Of a stretch of 64,000 nucleotides of DNA, positions 53,336 to 64,000 are shown one piece after another. Source of the stretch: an uncultured Gammaproteobacteria bacterium (GTDB lineage Bacteria > Pseudomonadota > Gammaproteobacteria > CAWCPV01); assembly GCA_963797555.1 (NCBI GenBank), contig CAWCPV010000014.1, forward strand, positions 384,001 through 448,000, in the 5' to 3' direction. The translations under genes were made by a program, and so were the position numbers. Under the pieces are notes generated by a model. It saw nothing but the letters and a program-made list of their open reading frames with translations, searched no databases and was not told the DNA's origin. Each line of letters opens with the position of its first letter. Within the stretch, counting starts at the first letter, position 1.

Positions 53336-53394
53336 TTAAATGCGCTATGGGTCTCAGGACGGAGTTTCTCACCCTATGAGGCGCGTTTGGGCAT

Positions 53395-53625
53395 ACCGAG
53401 CCTGTTCATGCGGTTGAGCAGCCACCGGCGTCGGCCTCGGTGATCCGGGTGTCCGGCAGCCGAGCGCTGATGCAGGGACCGAGGATCTGTTGGTAGCGGA
53501 GCATGGCGGTCTCGGCGTTGCTGCGCCGGTGGTAGCCCACCGCCCCTTTTTCAGGCCGAGCGTCCTTGGGTGCGGTAAGCTCGACCGCCCAGGATCTCGT
53601 GGCGCTCGGCGTCTGCCGCAAGGTG
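53395..53625 (-). pseudogene. IS5-family (IS903-like) transposase C-terminal remnant
   Basis: GYHRRSNAETAMLRY. Confidence 0.65.
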
Positions 53626-53927
53626 GAGCTCCGTTAGGTGCGCCGCTTGCCCATGCCGGCTCGCAGGTGTGCGCCTGCCTTGCTTCCGCCCGCGCGCGCT
53701 CATCGCAGACGATAGAACTCGGTCGTCGTCCTCAACGCTGGTGGATGGGTGCGCCGGCCACGGAGTTCGAGCGTCGATGGCTGGCCGCGTTGGATGTCTA
53801 TAATCTCTTGGATCGCAAGGTCAGCGACATCGCGACTACGACTATGCTTCCCGCCTATCCGGCGAGCCTGCCGACGGGCCTGCCGAGGCCCCTACCCACC
53901 CGGCCGAGTCGCGCTCGGCGGGGTTCA

Positions 53928-54142
53928 GAGCTTGTGAACAAATCGTCGCGAGCGGCCCGAGAGCAAGGCGCACGGAGCGCAGCGACGAGACATATCGAGT
54001 AGATGGGCGAGGAGCGACCGAATGGCAGGACAGCCATTCGGCACGTCCGCGGGACGCCCCGAAGGAATGGCGTACAGGAGGTACGCCATGAACACCGCGC
54101 AACGCCGCTATCGGGACACGCAGCAGATTTATTCACAAGCTC
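53928..54142. mobile_element. MITE family A, long copy with internal GGA hairpins
   Basis: IRs GAGCTTGTGAACAAATC / GATTTATTCACAAGCTC with TCA duplication. Confidence 0.8.
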
Positions 54143-54226
54143 TCAGTGTCACCTGCACCTTCCAGACCCGATGCCTCGCGGCTGGCCGGAGTGGCCAAGG
54201 TGTTGCAAGGTCGCTCGCAGCAAACC

Positions 54227-54952
54227 ATGGCGACCGCGCTGCTACTCTCCATGGCGCTGCATGTGGGTGCGTTGGGATGGCTCCCGATACGGCCTCGACC
54301 GTCGCCGGGCGATGTCGGTCCCCACAGTATCACGGTCCATCTCGTGGCCGGGGGCGCCCTAACGTTCAGCCCCTCCAAGCCGAGCGCAGGCGACGCATCG
54401 TCTCGGCCCGAGCATCCGGCCGTGTCCCCTGCGGCACCCGCGCTGCAGGGCAGCCCGCTCGAACGGTCCGCGGACGCCGCGAGGCGACCGGGCACGCCGC
54501 AACTTAAGCGGCACAGGGCGCGACCTGTCCGCCTCACGAAGCCAACGCCCGTGCCTCGGGTGGCACCGGGCACCGAGCCGGCACCGGCCGCGGTGCACGC
54601 GCTTCCCGGCTCCCCGGCGGCGCCGAGCCGGCATTCGGACCGCTCAGCCGCGTCTGAACAGCCCGCCGCGACATTGCCGCGCTACGCCGCAGATTACCTG
54701 CGCAACCCGCCGCCCGTTTACCCACCCCTTGCGAGACGGAGGCGCTTGCAAGGTACCGTCCTTCTCAGAGTGCACGTGGGAGTTCAAGGAGCGGTGCTCG
54801 ACGTACAGGTAGAGCGTTCCTCGGGGCACGAGATCCTCAATCGGGCAGCACTGGGTGCCGTGCGGGCCTGGCGGTTCCTGCCCGCGCGACGCGGTGCGAC
54901 GCCCGTGGAGGCATGGGTGCGCGTCCCGTTAGACTTCCGGCTCGTGGAATAG
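54227..54952 (+). CDS. TonB family protein
   Basis: N-terminal TM with SxxxH, Pro-rich linker, NPPPVYP..ARR, SSG..ILN.AA, F.PA. Confidence 0.85.
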   Translation: MATALLLSMALHVGALGWLPIRPRPSPGDVGPHSITVHLVAGGALTFSPSKPSAGDASSRPEHPAVSPAAPALQGSPLERSADAARRPGTPQLKRHRARPVRLTKPTPVPRVAPGTEPAPAAVHALPGSPAAPSRHSDRSAASEQPAATLPRYAADYLRNPPPVYPPLARRRRLQGTVLLRVHVGVQGAVLDVQVERSSGHEILNRAALGAVRAWRFLPARRGATPVEAWVRVPLDFRLVE

Positions 54953-55069
54953 TGGACCCTGGCACGAGCACGGCAGCGACGAGCATCGCCATACCGAGCC
55001 GCTGACCTGAAGAGAGGAATCGCCTTCCGGCAGGCGATCGTGCAGCGGTCGCGGTGGAAAGGTGCCATC

Positions 55070-58000
55070 TCACGGCCCCTTGCTCCCGCCCCCGAGCACG
55101 CCCTCGATACCCTTCACGCTCTTGCGGATGGTGCCGCCGACGCCCTTCACCGCCTTCCCAACGTCCGAGACGACACCCTCGACGGCGCCACCCACGCCTC
55201 CCGCCCCGTGCCGGGTCGAAGCGCCGGACTTGAGCATTCCCACACAGGGATTGTCGCGCACTGACCCCTGCAGCGCGTCTGCCGCAAACGCATAGGCGGC
55301 GTAGCTCGGCGTGAGCTTGGCCAGAAACACGCCGAGGTGGAGTAGAGTCGAGGTTTTGTCGACGGAATGTCGGGGATCGGAGAGCGGACCGCTGAGAGCG
55401 ACGGGGACGGCCACGTTTAGCCGGAACAAGCCCTTCGAAAAGGGCGTCACCCTGAGATCGAGGGTCTCCTTCGCCAGGTTGACCTTGCCCTCGACCCAGA
55501 CGGTGGAGTACTCGGTATCGACGAGTCCCACGCCGACCGTCGCCGCCCCGCGCTTCATCTGCAGATCGCAGATGGCGCAGTTGAGCGTCGCCAGCTTTGC
55601 GTCTTGGCTGAAGAGCTGGCCTAGGGTGAGCCGCACGCCCAGCACCAGATGATCCAGGGGCCGAGCGTCCAGCTTCCCGTGCCCGACGGCGAAACGGGCG
55701 TGTCCATCCAGACTGGCCATGAGATCGGCCAGCGAACGGCCCTGACCCCGGAGGTCCACGTCGATGGCGGCGCGACCTTCGAGGAACCCTGCGGCCTTGG
55801 TTCTGGCGAGGACCTTCGTGAGATCCATGCCCGGGTCCTGCACCCGGAGCTTCACGGCCGGGAGCTCGCCAGTGCCGTTGACCTCGAGTTCCAAGCGCGC
55901 CTGGGTTGCGGAGGTCTCCGGGATCACCGCGGTCGCCCGCAGCAGGCCCCCGTCCAGCGCGACCTGCGCTTCGATCTCGTTTGCGACCCGGTAGGGAAGC
56001 CGCAAACCCTGGCCGTGGAGGGTGAGGTGCGCGTCCAGCGCCGACAGCGCATCGAAAGGCAAGGGTGTGGGCGAGAATACCCGCTTGGTGCCACCGGATT
56101 GGCGAGGGGGCTTCGCTTCCGCGCCGCGCGGAAACCAGGCCGCTACGTCCAAATCCTCCGCCCTGATCTCCGCCTCGATCGAGGGCCGCAGCGGCCCGTG
56201 CCGGAAGCGGGCCGTGCCCGACACACGCCCGTGGTCCAGGCGTAGGTCGAGCCCGGATACGTCGAACGAGCCCGGCTCCCCGCGCAGCGCGAAGGCAGCT
56301 TTCACCGGGCGCACTTGGGGCACCCCGCCACCCCATGCCTGGCGAATCCTGTCGAGGTCCTGGGCTTCTGCCGTGACCGCGAGGTCCAGCCCCTTCGCTG
56401 CCAGGGGATCGGCCACCGAGCCCTTAGCGGTCACCTGCACCCCGAGCACCGTGCCCGCGACGTCGACCGGATAGCCACCGGTCCTCGTCAACCACCAGGC
56501 CGGGGTCCCCAGGCTGCCCGTCGCTTCAAACGCCGTACCCCCCCAAGTCCCTTTGCCGCTCAACGCGATCGGGGTGTTCGAGGTAAATCGAGCGTCGCGC
56601 AGGCGGCTGAGCTCCACGTCGACGCGGTCCCCACGCTCTTGGCGGACATAACTCGCGTGGACGTTGCCTTCCAGGCCCCGCAGCAGCTCCCCGAGCGTCC
56701 GGCCCCGGGCCTTGCCCTCCCCGATCAACGACAGCACCGCATCCTTGAGCTTGGGCGCCCGTTCGGGGCCGAGGAGGCGCCCGGGCTCGATACGGAGTGC
56801 GCTCACCGTCACGGCGACAGTCGGGCTCGCCGCCCGCACGACCGCGCTGCCCTCGACCTCCAGACCCGTCGCCTGAACACGCAGGTCTTTCGCCGAGAGC
56901 GTGCCGTCCTTCAGGCGGATCCCCAGCGCCAGGGTCTGCACGGACAGGCCGGGCAGCGAAACGCGCTCGCCACGCAACCTCAGGCCCGCATCCAGCTTCT
57001 CCAAGACCTGGTAAGGCAAGGGCTCCTCGAAACGTGCGTTCCATGGTTCCCGCTTCGCGCTGGGAGACGAAGGTCCGGCCGCGGACAGCCATGGCGCCAG
57101 GTCGAGGTCTCGAATGGCCAGGTCCCCCTGGAGACGGGGTCTGCGGGCACCACGGACCAGGGCGAGCCGGCCGGCGATCTTGGCGTCACCCAGCGCCGCA
57201 TCGAGCGACCCCTTGGCCGCCTCGGTGCCCCCCGTGACCTTCACCGAGAGCCGCAGCGGAATCCCCGGCGGAACGACCTCGCCGAAGGCCGAGCGCAGCC
57301 CGTCGAGGTCGTGCGCCTTTGCGGTCACCGTCAAATCCAGTCCTTTCCCGGCGAGAGGTTCGGCGACTGTTCCCTCGACCTCGGCGTTCACCCCAAGGGC
57401 CGTGGCGGAGAGACTCACGGGCAGAGGTCGACGCGTCTCGGGCCTTGCGCCGGGGGCGCCCACGTGCCCCTTCACGTCGAAGGCGCGGCCCCCCCAGGCA
57501 CCTTCACCACTGACCGCGGCCGAGATGCCCGCCGCCGCGTCGTCCGCCAGTCGCTGGAGGGCGAAGGACACGTGATCGCCGCGCTTGGCGGCGATATAGC
57601 TTCCATCGACGGTTCCGTTCAGGTTCGCTAGCGAGATCTCCAAGCGTCTTGCCCCGGGATTTCAGATCACTCTTCAGGGACAGCACGGCGTCCCCGAGGG
57701 CGGCCCGGCCCAGAAGCCGGCCCAGGTCGACGTGCGGCACCTGCACCGTGAGCGCGACGCTCGGCTCCGGCGCTCGGCCCAGGACGGCGGCTTTGCCTTG
57801 CAGCTCCAACTCGGGTGCTCTGAGGTCCAGTCGGCTGACGGAGAGCGTGCCGTCCTGGAGGGAGAGCTGCAGGTCAATCGACTCCAGAGACAGTCGGGGC
57901 AGCGCGACCCGTTCGCCGCGGAGCCGGAAATCCGCGTCCAGCTTCTCCAAGACCCCGAAGGGCAACGACTCCTCCAAACGCGTGTTGGGCTGGTCCCGCT

Positions 58001-58850
58001 TCTCCTCGGGAGAGAATGACCGGGCGAAGGAGAGCCACGGCCGCAGGTCGAGGTCGCGAAGTTCAATCCGAGCCTGCAGGTGGGGTCGCGCGGCGCCGCG
58101 GCGCAGCGCAAGCGTGCCGGTGACCGTGGCGTCGCCCAGCGCGCCATCGAGCGAGGCCCTGGCCGCATCGGCGTTTCCCGTAGCCTTCATCGACAACCGC
58201 AGCGCAGTCCCGGCGGGCACGGCGTCGCCGACCACCTCCCGTAACCGGTCCAGCGAGCTGGCCTGGACGCGGACCTCGAGATTCACGTCCTGCAGTTGCA
58301 GCGGCTTCCCCAGGACGCCTCTGACTTCGCCGGTGATCCCGAGGGCGGTCCAGGTGACGTTGAGCGGGTACGGCCCGGTCCCACGGACCAGCCCGGCAAG
58401 GACACCCGGAGGGCCGCCCCCTCCTCCGCCCTTCCGAGCACCCAGTTCTGCCGGCCGGTCGCGCCCCTCTCCAGGTCGAGCCGGGCGTCTTCCAGGACCA
58501 GCCGAGTCACCGCAAGGTCACCTCGCAGCAACGGCAGGAGCCGGACCTGCAACTCAATCCGGCCCGCCGACAGCAGGTCCGGGGCAGTTCCCCAGCGGGC
58601 GTTCGCGACCCGGACCTGCGTGACCACGAGGGTGGGTCGAGCCGAGAGGGACAGGGTCAGCGCACCGCCCAGGGAGACCTCGCGGCCGGTCGCGTGGGTC
58701 AGCAGCCGGGCTACGAACTCCCGGTGGTCGGAGAGAGGTCGCTCTACCTCGGTAGAGCAACCACCCCGCCAGCGCCAGCCCCAACAGGACGGGCACCGCG
58801 AGTAGCATGAGCAGTGCGCTGAGCAGGAGCTTCGGGAAACTGAGCGACAT
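55070..58850 (-). CDS. large AsmA-family protein with internal repeats, split over at least four frames
   Basis: N-terminal TM; ATGREV.L.G...P.L...V.VANA.WG...LLPLL.G; C-terminal LNCA..D...G.VNL..E.LDL...V...G.LSDP. Confidence 0.75.
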
Positions 58851-59331
58851 CGCGTCCTCCGGAGGGTACGGTTCGCGGTGCTCTGGAGCGCTGCCGCCCA
58901 GCGTACCATTTTCGGGGCTTCGTCGGAGGCGACGACGCCGCCAGCCGCGCGGCCCGGACGCTCAGCTACCAGCAGCGGACATCCACCGCCGAGTGCGTCA
59001 TTGCCATCGCGAGAAACCGCGGAGGATGCCAAATCACCGTGCGTGGGCCGCGGAAGGTGAAAAGGGTGTTGCTGTGCTGGGTGCGTGCTCGCAACCTGAT
59101 GCAGGCAGCCTTGTTGCCGACCAATGATTATCAGCGCCCTTCATAAGGTATGCGCTTGTCTGGTAAAGAACTCGACACGAGCTCTGACTCCCCATCCTGG
59201 CCCCAGAGTCCTCATCCGGCCCAACACAAGACGAAACAAGTACCCGCATTTGCCTCATGGCCCGACGAACCTGGGGTATGATTTGACACCAACGCCGAGA
59301 GGTCCCAACTCGGTCTCTGGGAGGGGGAAAG

Positions 59332-61414
59332 ATGCGCTGGGAAGGGGTGGTGCTGGAGGGGCGTTACCGCATCACGCGCTCGCTCGGCAAAGGCGGCATG
59401 GGGGAGGTCTATTTGGCAGAGGATGCCCGAACCTCGGGCAGGAAGGCGGCGATCAAGGTCCCCCTCCCCCACGTGCTGGCCCAGGAGGGGTTCCGCGAGC
59501 GTTTCGCGCGGGAGATCCGCAGTCTTCTCGGCTTCGAGCACGCCCACGTGGTGCGGGTCTACAACGTCGGCGAGCACCAGGGCACCCCTTATCTGGTGCT
59601 GCAGTACCTCTCGGGCGGCTCGCTGGAGCAGCGCCTGTCCAAGGGCAAGCAGTCGCCGAGGGAAGTGTTGGAGTGGCTGCCGAAAGTCGCCTCGGCGCTG
59701 GATGCCTTGCACGCGGGCGGTCTGGTACACCGCGACATCAAGCCCGGCAACATCCTGCTCGACGAGCACGGCGACCCCTTCGTGTCGGACTTCGGCATCG
59801 TCAAGGTGCTCGGTGAGCTGAGCCTCACCCCAATGGACGCGGATCTGGGCTCGCCGCAGTACATGGCCCCCGAGTCCGGGACGAAAGGCGGCTACACCGG
59901 AGCCTATGACCAGTACAGCCTGGCAACCGTGGCGTATCAGGCGCTGTCGGGGCAGCTGCCTTTTGGGTCTTTCGACAGGTTTCGGGACTACTTGGCGGCG
60001 GTGATGACGCAGCCGCCCCGGCCGCTGGCCGAGGTAGCACCCAACGTGCCGGCGCGGGCCTGCGCCGCAGTCATGAAGGCCCTGTCCAAGGAGCCGGGGG
60101 AGCGCTTCGGGTCCTGTCAGGCCTTTGCCAAGGCGTTCGAAGCCGGGCTGACGGTGCGCAAGCCCCCAGGACGGCCGGATGACACGGTCAAGACACCGCC
60201 GGGCGGTAAGCAGGCCGGGACGAAACCGGAGCAGGAACCGAACGGGGAAGATCGCCGTCCCCCTCCACGGCCGGTGTGGATTGGCGTGGTGGCGGTCATG
60301 GCGCTTGCGGGGCTGCTGGCCTATTGGGTTTGGCCGAGCGGCAAGCCGCTGCCCGAGCAGCTCGCGGCGTGCCGGGTGCATCTCGAGGCGGGTCGGCTGA
60401 GCGAGGGGGCGGGCGGCAACGCACTGGAGTGCTACCAGGGGGTGCTGCAGCGGTCCCCCGGCAATGCCGAGGCGCTCAAAGGGTTGGAAGCCATCGCCGA
60501 GCGCTCCTTCAGCGCCGCGGAGCAGGCGCTGGCGAGCGGAGAGTACGACCAGGCCGAGCATGATCTGGAGCGCGCGGCGCAGGTGAGCCCGGAGCACCCG
60601 CGGCTGGCGGCACTCACACGGAAGCTCAGGGAAGCTCGAGTTGCCAAGGCGCCTCCGCCAGCGGCGGAACGACCCATCTCCCGAGCCGCCGCCGCCAGAA
60701 CCGGAACCGGCACCACGGTGGCCGTCCCCTCGGAGCCCCTCGACTTCGAGCCCGAGATGGTGCGGGTCTCGCGGGGCTGCTTCCAGATGGGCAGCCCACG
60801 CACCGAGGCGGATCGCGACAAAGACGAGCGCCAGCACCGGGTGTGCGTGGAGGATTTCGAGAATCGGGAAATACGAGGTCACCCAGTCCCAGTGGGCTGC
60901 GGTGATGGGGAGCAACCCCTCGACGTTCGCCGGCTGCGACGACTGCCCCGTGGGGAACGTCTCATGGAACGATGCCATGCACTACATCGACAAGCTCAAT
61001 GAGCTGACCCACAAGCGTTATCGGCTGCCGACCGAGGAGGAGTGGGAGTACGCCTGCCGGGGCGGTCGGCCCGGGGAGCGTTACTGCGGGGGAGACGCTG
61101 TGGACGCCGTGGCCTGGGACGAAGAGAACAGTGGTGGCAGGACCCACCCGGTGGGGCAGAAGCAAGCCAACGGCTTCGGGCTGTCCGACATGTCGGGCAA
61201 CGTGTGGGAGTGGACCTGCTCGGTGTACGACGCGGTGTACAGTTACAATGGCGGTCAGCACCGCTGCGCCGACCAGTTTGATTCCGGCGATCGTGCGCTG
61301 CGGGGCGGTTCCTGGCGCGTGGGATCGGGGGACGTGCGGGCCGCGGACCGCAACTGGTATACGCCGACGCACCAGTACGACGACTACGGCTTCCGTCTCG
61401 CCCGGGACCCGTGA
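59332..61414 (+). CDS. membrane Ser/Thr kinase with C-terminal FGE/SUMF1 domain (extra base near 60862)
   Basis: LGKGGMGEV, HRDIKPGN, DFG, YMAPE; TM; FQMGS / KYEVT, RLPTEEEWEYA, DMSGNVWEW, RGGSW, GFR. Confidence 0.88.
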
Positions 61415-62125
61415 GCTTTGTACTTTGCGCTTTGTCCCTTTGCGCTCCCTCCCCTGCTTGCGGGGGAGGACCGGGGAGAGGCGGCGGATGGTCAAGAAGG
61501 CATTGGCGGTGCCGCGATCGCGCGCACAGCCCAGTGATCGGCCCCGGTACCTTCCGCAGCCTCAGCGAGACGAAGTGAAATCCACGATCTCCCGGTCGCC
61601 GCCGGCTCCCCGGTCGCGCCGAAGCCCCGCTCGGGCTTCGGGCCGTTTGCCCGGTTATCCGCCCAGCCACGGTCTAGGTGCAGACGCGGATCCCCCGCGC
61701 TTTGGCACCGCGAAATGCCGCAGCAGCGCACGCTCGCCGATGCGTCCAGCCTATGCGCGGGCTTCTCGGTACTCAGCCTTGCGCGCACAATGCGTCCGAC
61801 CAGCCGGCGCAAGCACCGCTAGCGGCTGGGTCGAGCGGAGGGCTATTGCTGCACGATCGTTTCGGCCGTCGCACGCTCCTGGAACGCGAGAGGTAGCCGA
61901 GAACACCGCGAATGGCTAATGGGCATTGAGCCCATCTGCATACTGTCGCTGATCGAATAAGCGGTCGGAATCTGGAACTAGCGCCCCCCAGTCAGTCGCC
62001 CTCGCCACGGCACTCACGATCAAGGCGAGCATCCCGATTCCCGCCAACTTCTCTCTGATCGCCATACGCTTCGTCCTCCCCTAGTTCGGACGCTGGGTTA
62101 TCTCTCGGTCACCCCAAGTCTGGCA

Positions 62126-62518
62126 TTATCGCCGCAGCTTCCTTGCATAACCGTAGGCAGCGTTAATCTGCTGCGACTTGAGCTCGGCAAGCTCGCGTAT
62201 CTCGGCGCCCATCTGTGCGACCTTATCTGGATGATACTGATGGATCTTCTGTTTATAGGCCGTTACGATCTGTTCCTGAGAGGCATCCTCGGACACCTCA
62301 AGGATTCTGAACCAGTTCACTGGCATATAATCCGCCTCGCTCGACTCTTCGCGGCCCGGCGATTTTTCGTGCGCTTTGTCCTTATGTGCTCGAGATCCCG
62401 AGCTATTCCCGGAACGTGTCTCGTCCGAAGCATGACGCTTCCTGTTTAACAGACTACCTACAACCCAATAGCCCAACAATAGGCCACCTACAGTGACTAT
62501 TACCTCAATGGAGGTCAT
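62126..62518 (-). CDS. membrane-anchored J-domain protein
   Basis: N-terminal TM, ILEV...AY...YHPDKV...INAAY. Confidence 0.85.
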   Translation of the reverse strand: MTSIEVIVTVGGLLLGYWVVGSLLNRKRHASDETRSGNSSGSRAHKDKAHEKSPGREESSEADYMPVNWFRILEVSEDASQEQIVTAYKQKIHQYHPDKVAQMGAEIRELAELKSQQINAAYGYARKLRR

Positions 62519-63205
62519 AACAGCAGACTCTTAAGTCGACTTTGATAAGTTTTGAGTGCGTTATATCGAGAACTCTTTTCGTCCTCCAATTCAAGTTCTT
62601 CATCCAGTCGACTACACACGGTGTTTACTAACTGAGTAAACGTGGAAACGTCGAACACTTTCTGAGCGAAACTGATCGGGTCACCTACCAAGGAATGGTT
62701 CAAAGTAATTCTTCGCACCAAATTGAGCGCCAAAGGGACACACGCCAGAGCATCCAGCGCCAATTTGGCGCAACCCAGTCTTGTCAGCCGTAATTCCTCC
62801 CGCCGTCGGTAGATATAGATCAGCATTCCCGAAATAGTGACGTAGACAACTCCAAGCAGTGGTAGAAATCCCAAACCTGCGCCAAGTCCAAACAACACCA
62901 CCGGCAGTCCAATAAGCAAAAACGCCAAAAGGGCAACTGTCATGCACCGCAAGGGATTAAGCGTAAAGAAAAACTCTCGCAATGCATCCTCGTCCTCTTC
63001 GTGTTCACTGGACTCCGAAGCCAACCAGCATACCCGAAATATGGGCCTGTCCGGTGTTAATGGATTTGGCAGATAAAGACTTTTGCCAAATATCTGCCAT
63101 TGCGAATGAGGGCAGGCGAATACCCACCGCCGGTCTTTTTGTGTGTACACCAGTTCGTTGGAATAGAGCAACATTGCCGAATCAAAGACGTAGAACCCGA
63201 CAAAT
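62515..63205 (-). CDS. hypothetical membrane protein, 5' end apparently lost
   Basis: Frame reads VGFYVFDSAMLLYSNEL...LPNPLTP, two TM segments; ATGA coupling to the J-domain gene. Confidence 0.6.
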
Positions 63206-63689
63206 CAATTGCCCATTCGAGCCGTTGTGTTGCTGGATCGTAGAAAGGTTTATACCTCCATCCAAGCACTGTCATCGGTGCCCAGCCGTGCGTGGCACGT
63301 TCTTTATTGGCCTCTGCAGTTCCTCGTCTGATCGAGTCCAATAAAGAGTCGGCGTCTATCTTCTCGTCATCCGGAACGTGACCTGTGTCGTTATACTTGA
63401 AAAGTCCAAACCATCTCTTATCCTTTGGCCCAAAATAATATTCCTTTCCAGAGGAAGGATTTTCCATGAGTTCCATAACGCGTCGAGTATCGTCCGAGTT
63501 TAGGAAGACGTAGTCGGCGGGGACCGTAAACTTCGCATTTGAGCCAACAGTCACTATCGTTGGGCCTTCAACCCAGCGGAGGCTTTGAAGCACCTGCCGT
63601 GCTTGCTCAGAAGTTGGGTCAGCTGCCGCGGTAATTACCGTAGCCACCGCCATAAACACTAAAAGAATGGCCCAGCCCAATTGTTTCAT
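63205..63689 (-). pseudogene. DUF2167 family protein, N-terminal half only
   Basis: Signal peptide, GHV.DD.KIDAD.LL..I..GT..AN.ER...GW...P.YD....LEWA, then abrupt loss of similarity. Confidence 0.75.
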
Positions 63690-64000
63690 CTGAAACTCCC
63701 TATCTCGTTCAGATATTAGCGTTGATAAAGCCTAACATGGAAGTCGACGGTCCAAATAGCGGCACTGATCGTGCCACGGTAGCATGTAGCGGGCCAACGG
63801 TTGTCGGAACCCATTGTGAGGCTTATCAGGTGGCTCGCTAAACGAACTGCTCGCCGCCCCGTCGCATCCACTACCCAACGACGGCCCGCAACAATTCCGG
63901 GCTGCTTCAACGGCTCCAGCACGCGATCCGGCTCCGGGGCAGTGGGGACAGTCAGCGGTACTGTAACGCCTCCCACAGCGTGGACAGGGTCGAAGCCGCC

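Overview
GC-rich chromosomal window, probably from a gammaproteobacterium of Chromatiales-like character (inferred from gene order birA-coaX-tRNA-Thr, tRNA-Ser-yccA, dapA-bamC and the fab/mltG/tmk/holB/pilZ/tatD cluster). The first ~17.6 kb is an eroding accessory region. It holds two identical IS630 copies, two internally deleted IS200 elements, a two-gene IS4/IS50-like element (DUF4338 plus transposase), a tRNA-Thr 3' fragment, a delta-class carbonic anhydrase and a decayed phage-satellite-like remnant beside tRNA-Thr(UGU). The most striking structure is an ~0.8 kb ORF-less group II intron inserted inside the terminal inverted repeat of that IS4 element: removing it restores the repeat, and a 9-bp target duplication flanks the whole element. 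The middle carries housekeeping genes, an IS1380 pseudogene, a Cys-less IscR-like regulator with an IscR-like box, and a Dnr-like regulator with a perfect FNR box before napD, a long napA, a napG remnant and napB. The right part has the fatty-acid cluster, cysC-gmd-fcl, several MITEs, an internally repeated AsmA-like gene, a Ser/Thr kinase-FGE gene and a lower-GC cassette-like segment. Single-base frameshifts in conserved genes (dapA, mltG) suggest assembly indel errors, while several larger in-gene deletions look like real decay. All calls come from motif recognition by eye; no database search was run.
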